A stretch of 64,000 nt of DNA. It comes from Acidobacteriota bacterium (lineage in GTDB: Bacteria; Acidobacteriota; Vicinamibacteria; Vicinamibacterales; Vicinamibacteraceae). Below, piece after piece: positions 1-10,191 of the stretch. The notes beneath the pieces were generated by a model. It saw only the letters and a list, made by a program, of their open reading frames with translations. It did no database searches and was not told the origin of the DNA. The stretch's first letter is position 1; each line of letters opens with the position of its first letter. The translations under genes were made by a program, and so were the position numbers. The stretch lies in assembly GCA_023429845.1 (NCBI GenBank), contig JAEZCY010000374.1, positions 8,904 to 72,903 of the forward strand. Reading direction: 5' to 3'.

Positions 1-1024
1 GCACCTGCACCTCCAGACCCGCGCGGTGCTCGAACGCTACGATCTCGTCGTGATTGGCGCCGGGCCCGCCGGCCTGACGTCGAGTGTCTACGGCGCGTCC
101 GAGGGCCTGAACACCCTGCTCATCGACAGGGACGCGCCCGGCGGGCAGGCCGGCCTCAGTGCGCGTATCGAGAACTATCTCGGATTCCCGGCCGGGCTGT
201 CGGGGCGCGATCTCGCAAATCGCGCGGTGGCGCAGGCGCGCAAGTTCAAGGTCGAGATCGTCAGCCCGCAGGCCGTGACCGAGCTGAAGGTCGAAGACAC
301 CTACAAGATCCTCGCGCTCTCCGACGGCAGCGTGGTGCAGGCCGACACCGTGGTGCTGGCCATGGGCGTGCAATGGCGCAAGCTCGGCGTCCCCGATCTC
401 GACCGGTTCACCGGCGCCGGCGTGTACTACGGCGCCTCGATGGCCGAGGCGCGCGCCTGCAAGGGGGAGACGGTGTACGTGGTGGGAGGCGCCAATTCGG
501 CGGGCCAGGCGGCACTGAACTTCGCCGAGTTCGCGACGCGCGTCGTGATGCTCGTGCGCGGGCCCGACCTCACGGCGTCGATGTCGGAGTACCTGATCCG
601 CAACATCGCCGCCAGCGACAACGTCGAGGTCATGCCGAGCACCCGCGTCGTGGGTGCCGAGGGCGACGATCGGCTGCGGTGCCTGGTGCTCGAGAGCCCG
701 TCCGGAGAGCAGCGTCGCACCGTCGAGGCGACGTCGTTGTACGTCATGATCGGCGCCGAACCCGACACCGCATGGCTCGGCGACACCGTGCTGCGCGATG
801 GACGTGGCTACGTCCTCACGGGACCGGACCTGCCGCGCGGCGACGGCGGGCGCCGCGTCAAGGGTTGGCCGCTCGAGCGCGACCCGTGGCTGCTCGAGAC
901 CTGCGTGCCGGGCGTGTTCGCCGCCGGGGACGTGCGCTGCGGCTCCGTGAAGCGCGTGGCATCCAGCGTGGGGGAGGGCGCCGTCGCGATTCAGTTCGTG
1001 CACCAGTACCTCGCCGGGAGGTGA
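1..1024 (+). CDS. Thioredoxin reductase-like FAD-dependent oxidoreductase, 5' partial (probably the receiver-domain-fused type)
   Basis: GAGPAG FAD motif, GGANSAG NADPH motif and VFAAGDVR. The frame is open from position 2 (HLHLQTRAVLERYDL), so the gene starts upstream of the window. The CxxC site is replaced by YYGASMAEARAC. Confidence 0.85.
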   Translation, partial: HLHLQTRAVLERYDLVVIGAGPAGLTSSVYGASEGLNTLLIDRDAPGGQAGLSARIENYLGFPAGLSGRDLANRAVAQARKFKVEIVSPQAVTELKVEDTYKILALSDGSVVQADTVVLAMGVQWRKLGVPDLDRFTGAGVYYGASMAEARACKGETVYVVGGANSAGQAALNFAEFATRVVMLVRGPDLTASMSEYLIRNIAASDNVEVMPSTRVVGAEGDDRLRCLVLESPSGEQRRTVEATSLYVMIGAEPDTAWLGDTVLRDGRGYVLTGPDLPRGDGGRRVKGWPLERDPWLLETCVPGVFAAGDVRCGSVKRVASSVGEGAVAIQFVHQYLAGR

Positions 1025-1028
1025 CGTC

Positions 1029-2399
1029 GTGAGTGATGCCTTCACCGAGCCGCTGGCCGATGCACTTCGCCGCATCCACCTGTTGGCAGACAGCGACGCC
1101 GACACGCGTGACTGGCTCGTCGCCCGGATAGCCGACCACACATACGAAGCGGGCCAGGTCGTCAACAACGCCGGCGATCCCGCCGATCGCATGACCGCGC
1201 TGATCGCCGGCGAGCTCCAGGTCTGGGCGCCTCACGCCGACGAGCCGATGTGGGTCGTCCACCAGGGCGACGTCTCGGGCATGCTGCCGTACTCGCGCAT
1301 GACCAGGTACCCGGGCGAGGTGCGCGCGAGCCAGCGCAGCCGCGTCGCCTCGCTCTCCGCCGAGCATTTCCCTGACCTCCTGCACGACCTGCCGCGGCTG
1401 GGGGAGCGCATGGTGTGGCTGATGGCCGACCGCATCCGCGCGGTGGCGGTGAGCGAGACGCACCGCGAGAAGCTCATGGCGCTCGGCAAGCTGTCGGCGG
1501 GGCTGGCGCACGAGTTGAACAATCCGGCGGCTTCCGTGCAACGTGCCGCGTCGCAGCTCTGCACGCTGCTGGAGGAGTTGCAGACCTTCGATGTCGGTGC
1601 CGCGGCGCCTCTTGCGGCGCGGCTGTGCGCGGCAGGCGTCGGGGAGGAGGACGCCCTGAGCCGGTCCGACAGGGAAAGTGCACTGCGGGAGTGGGCGCGT
1701 CGTGCCGGGCACGACGTCCCGCGCGACGCCATCGGCGCGCTCGCCGACGCCGGGCTCGAGGCCGATGATGTCGGCACGCTCCTCGAGAACGTGCCGGCTG
1801 GTGAGGCGGCCCCGGCGATCGTCCGACTCACGATGGCCTGGCGGGCCCGGGCCCTGGTCACCGAGATCGAGCACGCGGCGACGCGCATCACCGACCTGGT
1901 GGCGGCCATCAAGGACTACGCCCACCGCGACGAGATGCCGCGCCAGGCCGTTGACGTGCGCGTCAGCATCGATCGCACGCTCAAGGTGTTCAGCGCACGC
2001 CTCCGCGGCGACGTGGTGCTGGAACGGCAGTACGACGAGGACCTGCCGACCGTGGACGCCAATGCCGGCGAGCTCACCCAGGTGTGGACGAACCTGATCG
2101 ACAACGCGCTCGACGCCATCGGCGACAGGGGCACGCTGCGGGTACGCGCCCGCCGCGAGAACGGGTCGATCCTCGTCGAGATCGGCGACGACGGCCCCGG
2201 CATCGCGCCCGACATCGTGCGCCGAGTCTTCGAGCCGTTCTTCACCACCAAGAAGCAGGGCGAGGGCACCGGTCTCGGCCTCGACATCGTGCGCGGGATC
2301 GTCGGCCGCCATCATGGCGCCATTCGCATCCTGCACTCACGGCCGGGTGACACGGTGATGCAGGTCAGGCTGCCGATTGCCCCCGCACCTGCCCGTTGA
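1029..2399 (+). CDS. Sensor histidine kinase with N-terminal cyclic-nucleotide-binding-like domain
   Basis: H-box LAHELNNP, N-box QVWTNLIDNA, G-boxes DDGPGI, FEPFFTTK and GTGLGL. The N-terminus resembles a cNMP-binding domain. Starts 4 nt after the reductase. Confidence 0.9.
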   Translation: MSDAFTEPLADALRRIHLLADSDADTRDWLVARIADHTYEAGQVVNNAGDPADRMTALIAGELQVWAPHADEPMWVVHQGDVSGMLPYSRMTRYPGEVRASQRSRVASLSAEHFPDLLHDLPRLGERMVWLMADRIRAVAVSETHREKLMALGKLSAGLAHELNNPAASVQRAASQLCTLLEELQTFDVGAAAPLAARLCAAGVGEEDALSRSDRESALREWARRAGHDVPRDAIGALADAGLEADDVGTLLENVPAGEAAPAIVRLTMAWRARALVTEIEHAATRITDLVAAIKDYAHRDEMPRQAVDVRVSIDRTLKVFSARLRGDVVLERQYDEDLPTVDANAGELTQVWTNLIDNALDAIGDRGTLRVRARRENGSILVEIGDDGPGIAPDIVRRVFEPFFTTKKQGEGTGLGLDIVRGIVGRHHGAIRILHSRPGDTVMQVRLPIAPAPAR

Positions 2400-2402
2400 C
2401 GC

Positions 2403-3665
2403 CTACTCGCCCGACGGCTCGGCGCCGTTCTCGCCGTTGACGACCGTCGCCAGCTGCGTGGCGAGCTGCTTCAGGAACAACCCCACGTCCGTGACGACGC
2501 CCACCGTCTGCGCAGACCCACGGTCGGACAGCTTGGTGACGACGGCGGGGTTGATGTCCACGCAGACCACCTTCACCCACGACGGCAGCATGTTGCCGAC
2601 ACCAATGGCGTGGAGCATCGACGACAGCATCACGACGAGGCCGGCGCCCTCCAGCAGGTGGGCGTAGCGTTCCTGCGCCTCCACCAGATCCATCACCGTG
2701 TCGCGCAGCGGCCCGTCGTCTCGGATGCTGCCGGCGAGCACGAACGGCACGCGGTGGGTCACGAGGTCGTACATCACCCCGCTCGTCAGCACGCCACCAT
2801 CCACGGCCGGGACGATCCCACCCGCACGATTGACGCGGTTGATCGCCTTCATGTGGTGCTTGTGCCCTTCGTGCACGGGGGTGCCCTGAGACAGGTCCAC
2901 GCCGAGGGACGTGCCGAAGAAGCACGACTCGATGTCGTGAACGGCGATGGCGTTACCGGCCAGCATCGCATCCACCCAGCCATCACGGATGAGCTGCGAG
3001 AAGTACGGCGCGCCTCCCGTGTGGACCACCACCGGCCCGGCCACGAAGACGATGCGCTCGCCCCGCGTCCGAACGTCGCGCATCACCTGCGCGATGCGCG
3101 ACACGGTGGCCTCGACGCGGCGTTCCGACGAGATCTCGTTGGCCATGAAGGCGAAGTGCTGGCGGTCGCGCTCCTGGAACTCCGGAACGATGCGGATGCC
3201 GTCGGTGCCGCAGACCACCAGGTCGCCCTTGCGTACGTCACGCAGCTTGCGGCAGGTGGCGCGCGTGCCGCCGTCGGTGATCACCACGATGGCGTCCATG
3301 CGCTGGTGCTGGACGTCCAGCCATCTCCCGTCGATGCGAACGGCGGTGCGGTGATTGGTGGTGGAGTAGAAGTCCTCGGGGACGGCCCCGTCCATGTCGG
3401 CCTCCCGCACCAACGCATCCTGCTGAAGGACGGGGGCGCACCCGAGCGGCAGCAATGCGCCGAGGATGCGATCGAGGATGTCGGGAGTGGCGGCCGACAC
3501 CCGCATCACGAGTTCGGAGGCATCCTCGTTCGTGCGTCCGATTTCGAAGCGCTCCACCTCGAACGCCCCCTCGTGCGCGATGACGGCATCGAAGATCGTG
3601 TTCAGGAGCCCTGAGTCGATCAGGTGGCCGCGCGCCTCGACGACAGCCGACGTCGTGTCTTTCAT
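2403..3665 (-). CDS. TIGR00300 / LOR-SDH-domain protein (similar to the ArgZ C-terminal ornithine cyclodeaminase)
   Basis: GHLIDSG, PEDFYSTTNH, SSERR, GPVVVHTG, LAGSIRDDGPL and VTKLSDRGS motifs. Start placed at ATG 3665, 6 nt after TACTCT. Confidence 0.85.
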   Translation of the reverse strand: MKDTTSAVVEARGHLIDSGLLNTIFDAVIAHEGAFEVERFEIGRTNEDASELVMRVSAATPDILDRILGALLPLGCAPVLQQDALVREADMDGAVPEDFYSTTNHRTAVRIDGRWLDVQHQRMDAIVVITDGGTRATCRKLRDVRKGDLVVCGTDGIRIVPEFQERDRQHFAFMANEISSERRVEATVSRIAQVMRDVRTRGERIVFVAGPVVVHTGGAPYFSQLIRDGWVDAMLAGNAIAVHDIESCFFGTSLGVDLSQGTPVHEGHKHHMKAINRVNRAGGIVPAVDGGVLTSGVMYDLVTHRVPFVLAGSIRDDGPLRDTVMDLVEAQERYAHLLEGAGLVVMLSSMLHAIGVGNMLPSWVKVVCVDINPAVVTKLSDRGSAQTVGVVTDVGLFLKQLATQLATVVNGENGAEPSGE

Positions 3666-3786
3666 GACGGCAGAGTAGGGCAATCGGGGGAGGAACGCAC
3701 GGCGTATCACGTCATTCGCACCAGCGTGCTTGAAAGTCGCGGCCGTTATCCGTACCCTTCCTCATCTGTTCATCAGGGGAGGGACA

Positions 3787-6700
3787 ATGGGATCTCATTT
3801 CCGAAGAGCTGCCACAGGTCTGCTGTGTGCGCTCTGCGTGCTGGTGATCACAGCATCACCAGCGTCGGCGCAGGTCGGCTTGTCGACCATGACCGGGATT
3901 GCGTCGGACTCGCAGGGCGCCGCGGTTCCGGGCGTCACGGTCACCGCCACGAACACGGCCACGAACGTGCCGTACACGGGCGTCAGCACGGAAGCCGGCG
4001 CCTACACGATCACCGGCTTGCCGGTGGGCACCTACACGGTGCGGTTCGAGCTGGCCGGCTTCAAGTCCGTGCAGTCCACGGTGGCGCTCGCGGCCGGCCA
4101 GACCGCCCGCATCGACGCCCGGATGGAGGTCGGTGAGCTCACCGAGAGCGTGGAAGTGGTCGCAACCGGCGCCATCCTGCAGACCGAGAACGCTGTCGTG
4201 GGCGCCACGTTCCAACAGGAGCAGGTGGAGAAGCTGCCGCTCCAGGGACGCAACGTCTCGGCGACCACGCTCTACACGGCAGGTGTGACGGTACCGTCTC
4301 CCGGGAACATGAATTCCCTGAAGGGCCAGGGTGCGCGTCCGTACGTCAACGGCCAGCGCGAGCAGGCAAACAACTTCACGATCGACGGTATCGACTCGAA
4401 CGATCCCACCGACAACCTGATCGCGTACCAGCCGAGCCCGGATGCCGTGGAGCAGGTGAGCGTCGAGACCAACAACTACTCGCCCGAGATGGGCAACGTG
4501 GCCGGCGCGAGCGTCAACATGGTGATCAAGTCGGGCACCAACGACATCCGCGGCAACGCGTTCTACTACTGGCGCGACAACGAGCTTGCGGCGACGCCGT
4601 GGGCGACCAACCGCGCGGGTGGCCGCAAGGCGGAGCTCTCGCGCAAGGTGTTCGGCGGCACGCTTGGCGGACCGGTCGTCCGTGGCAAGCTGTTCTGGTT
4701 CGCTGACTACTCGGGGGGCCGACACGACAACCCGCCCGCCGACTCGTTCGCCACGGTCATTCCCGATGCGTGGCGCAACGGCGACCTGAGCAGCCTCCTG
4801 CCGGGGATCCAGCTGCGGGATCCGGTCACCGGTGAGAACTTCCCGAACAACCAGATTCCGGTGAGCCGCTTCAGCCCGTTCGCGCGCAACCTGCTCGCCA
4901 ACGAGGCGCTCTACCCGCGCGCCAACGTGGATCGCCCGCTGAGCGACTTCCGGCAGAACTACCGCGGCCAGAGCGCCTCCAGCGAGGAGATCAACCAGTT
5001 CGACATCAAGCTCGACTGGAACGCGTCGGCCAACGACAAGGTGTACGTGCGCTACTCGCAGCAGGCCAACGAGTCGCGCACCGAGTCGACCGCGATGCCG
5101 CTGCAGTTCGGCAGCCTCGGCGACAACCCCTTCTGGAGCATCGGCGCCAACTGGAACCGCATCTTCGGCAGGAACGTCGTCAACGACGTCCTCGTCGGCT
5201 ACAACGCCAACCAGTTCAACAGCACGCCGCTCGACCTGCGCGGGCTCGGTCCACTCAACAACCAGCTCGGCATCGGCGGGTCGCAGCCCATCCCCGGTCT
5301 CACCGAGGTTCGCATCGGCAACAACGTGTCGAACATCGGCACGACCGGCGGTGCGAGCAACATGAACAACGGCGTGTTCCAGTTGAACGAGCGGCTCACG
5401 TGGCTCAAGGGTCGCCACACGCTGAAGTTCGGCGGATCCTGGAACCACTACATCGCAGAGCGCTACTACGCCGGCAACAACGGCGTCCTGGGCTACATCG
5501 CCTACGGCGGTTCGTACACCCGCGCCGCCTTTGCCGACTTCCTGCTCGACTACGTGTCCAGCAAGGGGCGCGGATCGCTCTCCGAGCCGTGGACGCACTA
5601 CCAGGACCGGTTCGCGTTCTATGCGGGAGACGACTTCAAGGCGACCAATGACCTGACGCTCAATCTGGCGCTGCGCTGGGGCAACACCACGCCGTTCGTC
5701 GAGAAGGACGACCGCCAGGCGAACTTCTCCCTGACCGACCTCTCGCAGCAGTTCGCGGGCCGCGACGGCAACAGCCGCGCGCTCTATGAGCCGTACTACG
5801 ACGGTTGGGAGCCGCGTCTCGGCTTCGCCTACCGCCGAGGCGACAAGTGGGTGTTCCGCGGCGGCTACGGCATCACGCAGTACCAGGAGGGCACGGGCGC
5901 CAACCTGCGGCTGCCGCTCAACCCGCCGTTCTTCTTCGAGTCGCAGACCGACTGGGCGTACTCGGCCGCCAACCCCACCAACGCCGGCACGATCGCGACC
6001 GGGTTCGAGGGCTTGCAGGCGCTGGACGGCATCTCGGGCCAGCTTCGCGTGTGGGACCCGAACCTGCGTCCGCAGTTCACCCAGCAGTACAACGTGTTCG
6101 TCGAGTACCTGCTCGGCTCGCGCTCGTCGATCAACGTCGGCTACGTCGGCAACCGGTCGAAGTACCTCGTGGCGCCGATCGAGGGCAACCAGCCGCTGCC
6201 CGGCGAGGGTGACCCCAGCACGTGGTTGCCGCTGCAGCAGCGTCGTCCGCTGTACCAGTACAACCCGCTGGTGACCAACATCGCCACCACGTCGCCGGCG
6301 GCTCGGTCGGACTACAACGCCCTCCAGACGACCTTCAAGCAGCGCCTGTGGAACGGCCTCGACTTCGTGGCCAACTACACGCTGAGCAAGGCGATGTCCA
6401 ACAACCTCGGCTACTACGGCACGGGCGGCGTTGCGTCCGAGGGCGCATATCCCGTCAACAGCCGCGACATCGACATGAACTACGGAAGGGCGTTCTTCGA
6501 CGCGCGCCACATCGTTTCGGTGGCGGGCAGCTATGCGATCCCGGTCGGCATCGACCGCCAGTTCGGCTCGGACATGAACCGCGCGCTCGACGCGATCGTC
6601 GGCGGGTGGGACGTGAGCTTCGCCTTTACCGCACACTCGGGCTATCCGATCACGGTGCAGGACAGTTCGAACCCGTCGCTCCAGATCACGCGGTCGACGC

Positions 6701-7041
6701 AGTGGCCCGACCTGGTAGGCAATCCGGTTCCCTCGAGTCAGTCCATCGACAACTGGCTGAACCGCGACGCGTTCCGCTCGGCTGCCCCGGGGCAGTTCGG
6801 CAACGCGGGCGTGGGCGTGGCTGACGCACCGGGCTATTGGAACGTGGACTTCTCACTGAGCAAGCGGTTCGCCACGTTCGGCCGCCAGTACTTCCTGATC
6901 CGCGGCGAGGCCTACAACCTCTTCAACCACCCGAACTTCGGGCCGCCCGATCGCAACATCCAGAGCCAGAACTTCGGCACGATCACGAGCGTGGTCAACC
7001 CACCGCGCGAGATCCAGCTCGTGTTGAAGTACTTCTTCTAG
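3787..7041 (+). CDS. TonB-dependent receptor, Oar-like, with carboxypeptidase-regulatory-like N-terminal domain
   Basis: Signal peptide, GAAVPGVTVTATN prealbumin-like domain, plug NFTIDG...KSGTN, C-terminal YNLFNHPNF...PREIQLVLKYFF. GGAGG SD before ATG 3787. Confidence 0.92.
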   Translation: MGSHFRRAATGLLCALCVLVITASPASAQVGLSTMTGIASDSQGAAVPGVTVTATNTATNVPYTGVSTEAGAYTITGLPVGTYTVRFELAGFKSVQSTVALAAGQTARIDARMEVGELTESVEVVATGAILQTENAVVGATFQQEQVEKLPLQGRNVSATTLYTAGVTVPSPGNMNSLKGQGARPYVNGQREQANNFTIDGIDSNDPTDNLIAYQPSPDAVEQVSVETNNYSPEMGNVAGASVNMVIKSGTNDIRGNAFYYWRDNELAATPWATNRAGGRKAELSRKVFGGTLGGPVVRGKLFWFADYSGGRHDNPPADSFATVIPDAWRNGDLSSLLPGIQLRDPVTGENFPNNQIPVSRFSPFARNLLANEALYPRANVDRPLSDFRQNYRGQSASSEEINQFDIKLDWNASANDKVYVRYSQQANESRTESTAMPLQFGSLGDNPFWSIGANWNRIFGRNVVNDVLVGYNANQFNSTPLDLRGLGPLNNQLGIGGSQPIPGLTEVRIGNNVSNIGTTGGASNMNNGVFQLNERLTWLKGRHTLKFGGSWNHYIAERYYAGNNGVLGYIAYGGSYTRAAFADFLLDYVSSKGRGSLSEPWTHYQDRFAFYAGDDFKATNDLTLNLALRWGNTTPFVEKDDRQANFSLTDLSQQFAGRDGNSRALYEPYYDGWEPRLGFAYRRGDKWVFRGGYGITQYQEGTGANLRLPLNPPFFFESQTDWAYSAANPTNAGTIATGFEGLQALDGISGQLRVWDPNLRPQFTQQYNVFVEYLLGSRSSINVGYVGNRSKYLVAPIEGNQPLPGEGDPSTWLPLQQRRPLYQYNPLVTNIATTSPAARSDYNALQTTFKQRLWNGLDFVANYTLSKAMSNNLGYYGTGGVASEGAYPVNSRDIDMNYGRAFFDARHIVSVAGSYAIPVGIDRQFGSDMNRALDAIVGGWDVSFAFTAHSGYPITVQDSSNPSLQITRSTQWPDLVGNPVPSSQSIDNWLNRDAFRSAAPGQFGNAGVGVADAPGYWNVDFSLSKRFATFGRQYFLIRGEAYNLFNHPNFGPPDRNIQSQNFGTITSVVNPPREIQLVLKYFF

Positions 7042-7046
7042 AGGAG

Positions 7047-7077
7047 CGTGGGGGCAGCTCCCAGAGCTGCCCCTACG
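7047..7077. terminator. GC-rich hairpin between convergent genes (GTAG-headed REP-like on the minus strand)
   Basis: CGTGGGGGCAGCTC-CCA-GAGCTGCCCCTACG, a 14-bp inverted repeat with one G.U pair. Confidence 0.6.
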
Positions 7078-7095
7078 TTCCAGCGCGCCTTACCT

Positions 7096-8199
7096 TCAGC
7101 TTTCCCTCACGCCGCCGCCGAAGGAGTTGCCGGCGGCCACCGGGCGCCTGCCTTCGAAGTCCACCTCCAGCAGCTTCTCGCTGCCGACCTCGCGGCCGGC
7201 TTCGTCGCGCAGGCTCTTCACCAACGCCTTCGTCCCGACGTCGAAGACCTCGCCGGTGGACGGCCAGGCGTGCGCGCCGTCGAGGCTGAACGTGATCCAG
7301 CCAGGCTGATCGCGCACCTTCAGCGTCGTCACCTGCCGTGGCGGCATCACGGTGTTGTCGAATACGTGCAGCGCCAGGTTGTGGCCGTCGCACACCCACA
7401 GCTCCTTCTCGTCGGGCGTCAGGCCGATGCCGTGGCTCGGACAGGCGTGACGCGCGACGGGGCCCTTCTCGTATCCCTTCACGACCACCTGGTGCAGCAC
7501 CTTGCCGGTACGGAGATCGCCCACCTCGAACCCGAGCAGGTCGTTCACGTTCACGTAGCAGTGGGTCTGCGCCGCGTTCACGGTGAACGGACGGACCGCA
7601 GCCGAGAACGGACCGATCGTGCCCATCACCTCGTGCGTCGTCGCGTCCACGACGGTGAGGTGCGGCGATGCGAGGCCTTCGAGGTACACGCGTGAGCCGT
7701 CGGGCGACCACAGCGTGTTGTGCGCGCGCGAGTTCAGGACGACCTTCCTTCTTGTCTCGCCCGTGAGTCCGTCCACGACGTTCCAGTGGGGCCCCTCGAA
7801 CGACGGCACATAGAGCGTGCGGCCGTCAGGCGATACCGACAGGCGATCGCAGCCGCCCTCGGGCGCCACGTCCCAGAGCACGCGATCCGTCGCCAGTTCG
7901 ATGCACGCGAGCCGCTTGATCGTGCTCACCCACAGCCGGCCCGTAGCCGCACTCGCCGCGACGCCCTTGACGTTGTCGGCCTGCGTCCCATCGGGCACCG
8001 GCCACGTCGGGATGCGCCTGACGAACGCGTAGTCGCGATCGATGTCGTACACGAGCACGCCGACGCCGCCGTACTGCTGGTAGTTCCGGATGCCTGGTTG
8101 GGCGATGTAGAGGAAGCGTCGCCGCGCTGGTTGCGCAAGCGTCAGCGAGCCCGCCGCGACCAATCCGCCAGCCGCCGCCAGGAAATGCCGTCTGTTCAT
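7096..8199 (-). CDS. Tat-exported YncE/YVTN-like beta-propeller protein
   Basis: MNRRHFLAAAGG twin-arginine signal. Propeller blades SVSPDGRTLYV, WSPDGSRVY and LTPDEKELWV. Confidence 0.8.
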   Translation of the reverse strand: MNRRHFLAAAGGLVAAGSLTLAQPARRRFLYIAQPGIRNYQQYGGVGVLVYDIDRDYAFVRRIPTWPVPDGTQADNVKGVAASAATGRLWVSTIKRLACIELATDRVLWDVAPEGGCDRLSVSPDGRTLYVPSFEGPHWNVVDGLTGETRRKVVLNSRAHNTLWSPDGSRVYLEGLASPHLTVVDATTHEVMGTIGPFSAAVRPFTVNAAQTHCYVNVNDLLGFEVGDLRTGKVLHQVVVKGYEKGPVARHACPSHGIGLTPDEKELWVCDGHNLALHVFDNTVMPPRQVTTLKVRDQPGWITFSLDGAHAWPSTGEVFDVGTKALVKSLRDEAGREVGSEKLLEVDFEGRRPVAAGNSFGGGVRES

Positions 8200-8254
8200 G
8201 CTGTTGCTCCGGTTGCCGCCGATCATATCGAACCACCGGCGACGGCTACGACTC

Positions 8255-8341
8255 TGATTGGCGAATCGGAAAGCCGAAATGCGCTCACGACGTCGGGCAT
8301 CCCCGAGCACTCGCATTTCAAATCTCCAACATCGAATTTCA
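8255..8341. repeat. Degenerate heptamer-array inverted repeat (family C)
   Basis: GCGAATC GGAAAGC CGAAATG CG ... CGCATTTC AAATCTC CAACATC GAATTTC; A/T-richer than the flanks. Confidence 0.45.
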
Positions 8342-8433
8342 GCCGTCGGGTATCGCTGACCCGGCCGGCGCCCGTTCGCAGCCGTCGCGCCCTGCCCGAC
8401 GGGCGACACTCGCGGCCATGGCATCATGCGCGC

Positions 8434-8895
8434 GTGACGCAGAGCCTGCAGGAACGCTACGCGCCGTCGAGCATCTGTTACGGCTGCGGTCCCGCGAACG
8501 ACCAAGGGCTCCACGTTCGCAGCATGGTCCACGGTGACGCCGTCGTCGCCGACTGGACACCGGCACGCCACCATGAGGCGTTCCCCGGCGTGGTCAACGG
8601 CGGCATCATCGGCACGATCCTCGACTGCCACTGCAACTGGACCGCGGCGTGGCACCTCATGCGGCAGCGTGGCCTTGGCCAACCGCCGTGTACGGTCACC
8701 GCGAGCTACACGATCGAGATGAAACGCCCGACGCCGAGCGGCGGTCTGCTCCACCTCGTCGCGCGCATCGTCGACGTCACCGGCGACAGATGCACGGTCG
8801 AGGGCGCCCTGCAGGCCGAAGGGCGGATCACCGCCACGTGTCGCGGAGTGTTCGTCGCGGTCAGGCCTGGCCACCCGGCGTATCACCGCTGGTAG
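8434..8895 (+). CDS. PaaI family thioesterase (hotdog fold)
   Basis: CYGCGPAN, HEAFPGVVNGGIIGTILDCH and TVTASYTIEMKRPTP. GTG start. Confidence 0.85.
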   Translation: MTQSLQERYAPSSICYGCGPANDQGLHVRSMVHGDAVVADWTPARHHEAFPGVVNGGIIGTILDCHCNWTAAWHLMRQRGLGQPPCTVTASYTIEMKRPTPSGGLLHLVARIVDVTGDRCTVEGALQAEGRITATCRGVFVAVRPGHPAYHRW

Positions 8896-8905
8896 AGGCG
8901 GGCAA

Positions 8906-8989
8906 GAAATTGGGAATTGGCAATCGGAAATGGCCAATGCCTCGAGACGCGCGACGCCGCGAGCATTTCACATCCCTATTTCCAACTGC
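8906..8989. repeat. Heptamer-array inverted repeat element (family C), homologous to 42431-42509
   Basis: GAAATTG GGAATTG GCAATCG GAAATGG CCAATGC ... CGAGCATTTCACAT...TTCCAACTGC. Confidence 0.7.
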
Positions 8990-8998
8990 CGGTTCAAC

Positions 8999-10186
8999 TC
9001 AGAGCTCCCGCAGCGCGTTGACGATGGGGAGGCGGGCGGCTCGAATCGCCGGCAGAACGCCCCCGAGCAGGCCCATCACGATCGCGCAGAACAGTCCCTG
9101 CGCCAGCAGGCTCGGAGTGACGCGGAACGCGAAGGCCACCTGGCTGAAGGACTGGAAGTTCATCGTGGACGTCTGGAACCCGTCGAAGACCGCCCAGGCG
9201 AGCAGTCCGCCGACGACCCCGCCGGCGAGCGCGAGCACCGTGGACTCGGCGAGCACCGACGTCACGATCGCGAGCGCGCCGAAACCGAGGGCCCGCAGCG
9301 TGGCGATCTCGCGCGTTCGGCTGGCCACCGCGTTGTACATCGTGTTCACCGCGCCGAACACGGCGCCGATTCCCATCAGCCCGGCGATCACGAAGCCGAT
9401 CGTGCGGATGATGGTCTGCAGCACCGTGGACTGGTCGGCAAGGTAGTCTGTCTCGCGCTCAGCCATCACGTTGAGCCGCGGGTCGGCCGCGAGCGCGGTG
9501 CGGAAGGTGTCCAGCGATTCCTCGCGTTCGAGCTGCACGTACACGGATTGGAACGAGTCGCCGCGGCGGTAGGCACCCTGCAGCACGCGTGCGTCGCACC
9601 AGACCTCGGATTCGGAAATCGATCCGTCGGCCTCGAAGATGCCGACCACCCGCCACACGTTCTCTCCCCAGCGGACGTCGCTGCCGAGCGTCAACCCGAC
9701 GAACTGTCCCGCTGCCGCGCGGCCGACGATGATCTCGTTCCGGCCCGGCTCGAAGCGCCGGCCCTCGACGAGCCGCAGCCGCGGCCGGACGTCGAACGCG
9801 GGCGACTCCACACCGCGCAGCGGCAGGTTGGCGTCGCTTCCCGTCGAATGCTTCGGGTGACTGACGATGACGAAGAGCTCCGCGGACGCGACCGGGCCGT
9901 CGGCGCCGCGTGCCACGCCGGGCGCGTCCTTGATGATCTGCGTGGTGTCGCGCATGAGGATGCTCGAGAGCTCCGAGTCGGTGCCGGCGCGCATGACGAT
10001 TGCCGTCCGCGGATCGCCGGCCGTCGTCATGGCGGCGCGGAATCCTTGCGCAATCGAGAGCACGGCGACGAACACGACCACCACGCCCGCGATGCCGACG
10101 ATGGCGACGATGGAGGAACCGAGCCGCTGCGGGATGCTGCGGATGTTGACGAGCGTGATGGCGAGTATCTGGGACAGTGCCTGCAT
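8999..10186 (-). CDS. ABC transporter permease (MacB/FtsX family)
   Basis: MQALSQILAITLVNIRS start; NTMYNAVASRTREIATLRALGF FtsX motif; four TM helices. Confidence 0.9.
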   Translation of the reverse strand: MQALSQILAITLVNIRSIPQRLGSSIVAIVGIAGVVVVFVAVLSIAQGFRAAMTTAGDPRTAIVMRAGTDSELSSILMRDTTQIIKDAPGVARGADGPVASAELFVIVSHPKHSTGSDANLPLRGVESPAFDVRPRLRLVEGRRFEPGRNEIIVGRAAAGQFVGLTLGSDVRWGENVWRVVGIFEADGSISESEVWCDARVLQGAYRRGDSFQSVYVQLEREESLDTFRTALAADPRLNVMAERETDYLADQSTVLQTIIRTIGFVIAGLMGIGAVFGAVNTMYNAVASRTREIATLRALGFGALAIVTSVLAESTVLALAGGVVGGLLAWAVFDGFQTSTMNFQSFSQVAFAFRVTPSLLAQGLFCAIVMGLLGGVLPAIRAARLPIVNALREL

Positions 10187-10191
10187 GTCGG

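Noticed and set aside
26..1024. Canonical trxB
   Set aside because: Lacks the CxxC active site, and the frame extends upstream of the window.
3856..6636. Long antisense ORFs (926 aa here; also 28756-31497, 17911-20250, 20554-22329, 15490-17763 and others)
   Set aside because: Shadow frames of real genes caused by high GC and strong codon bias; no recognisable motifs.
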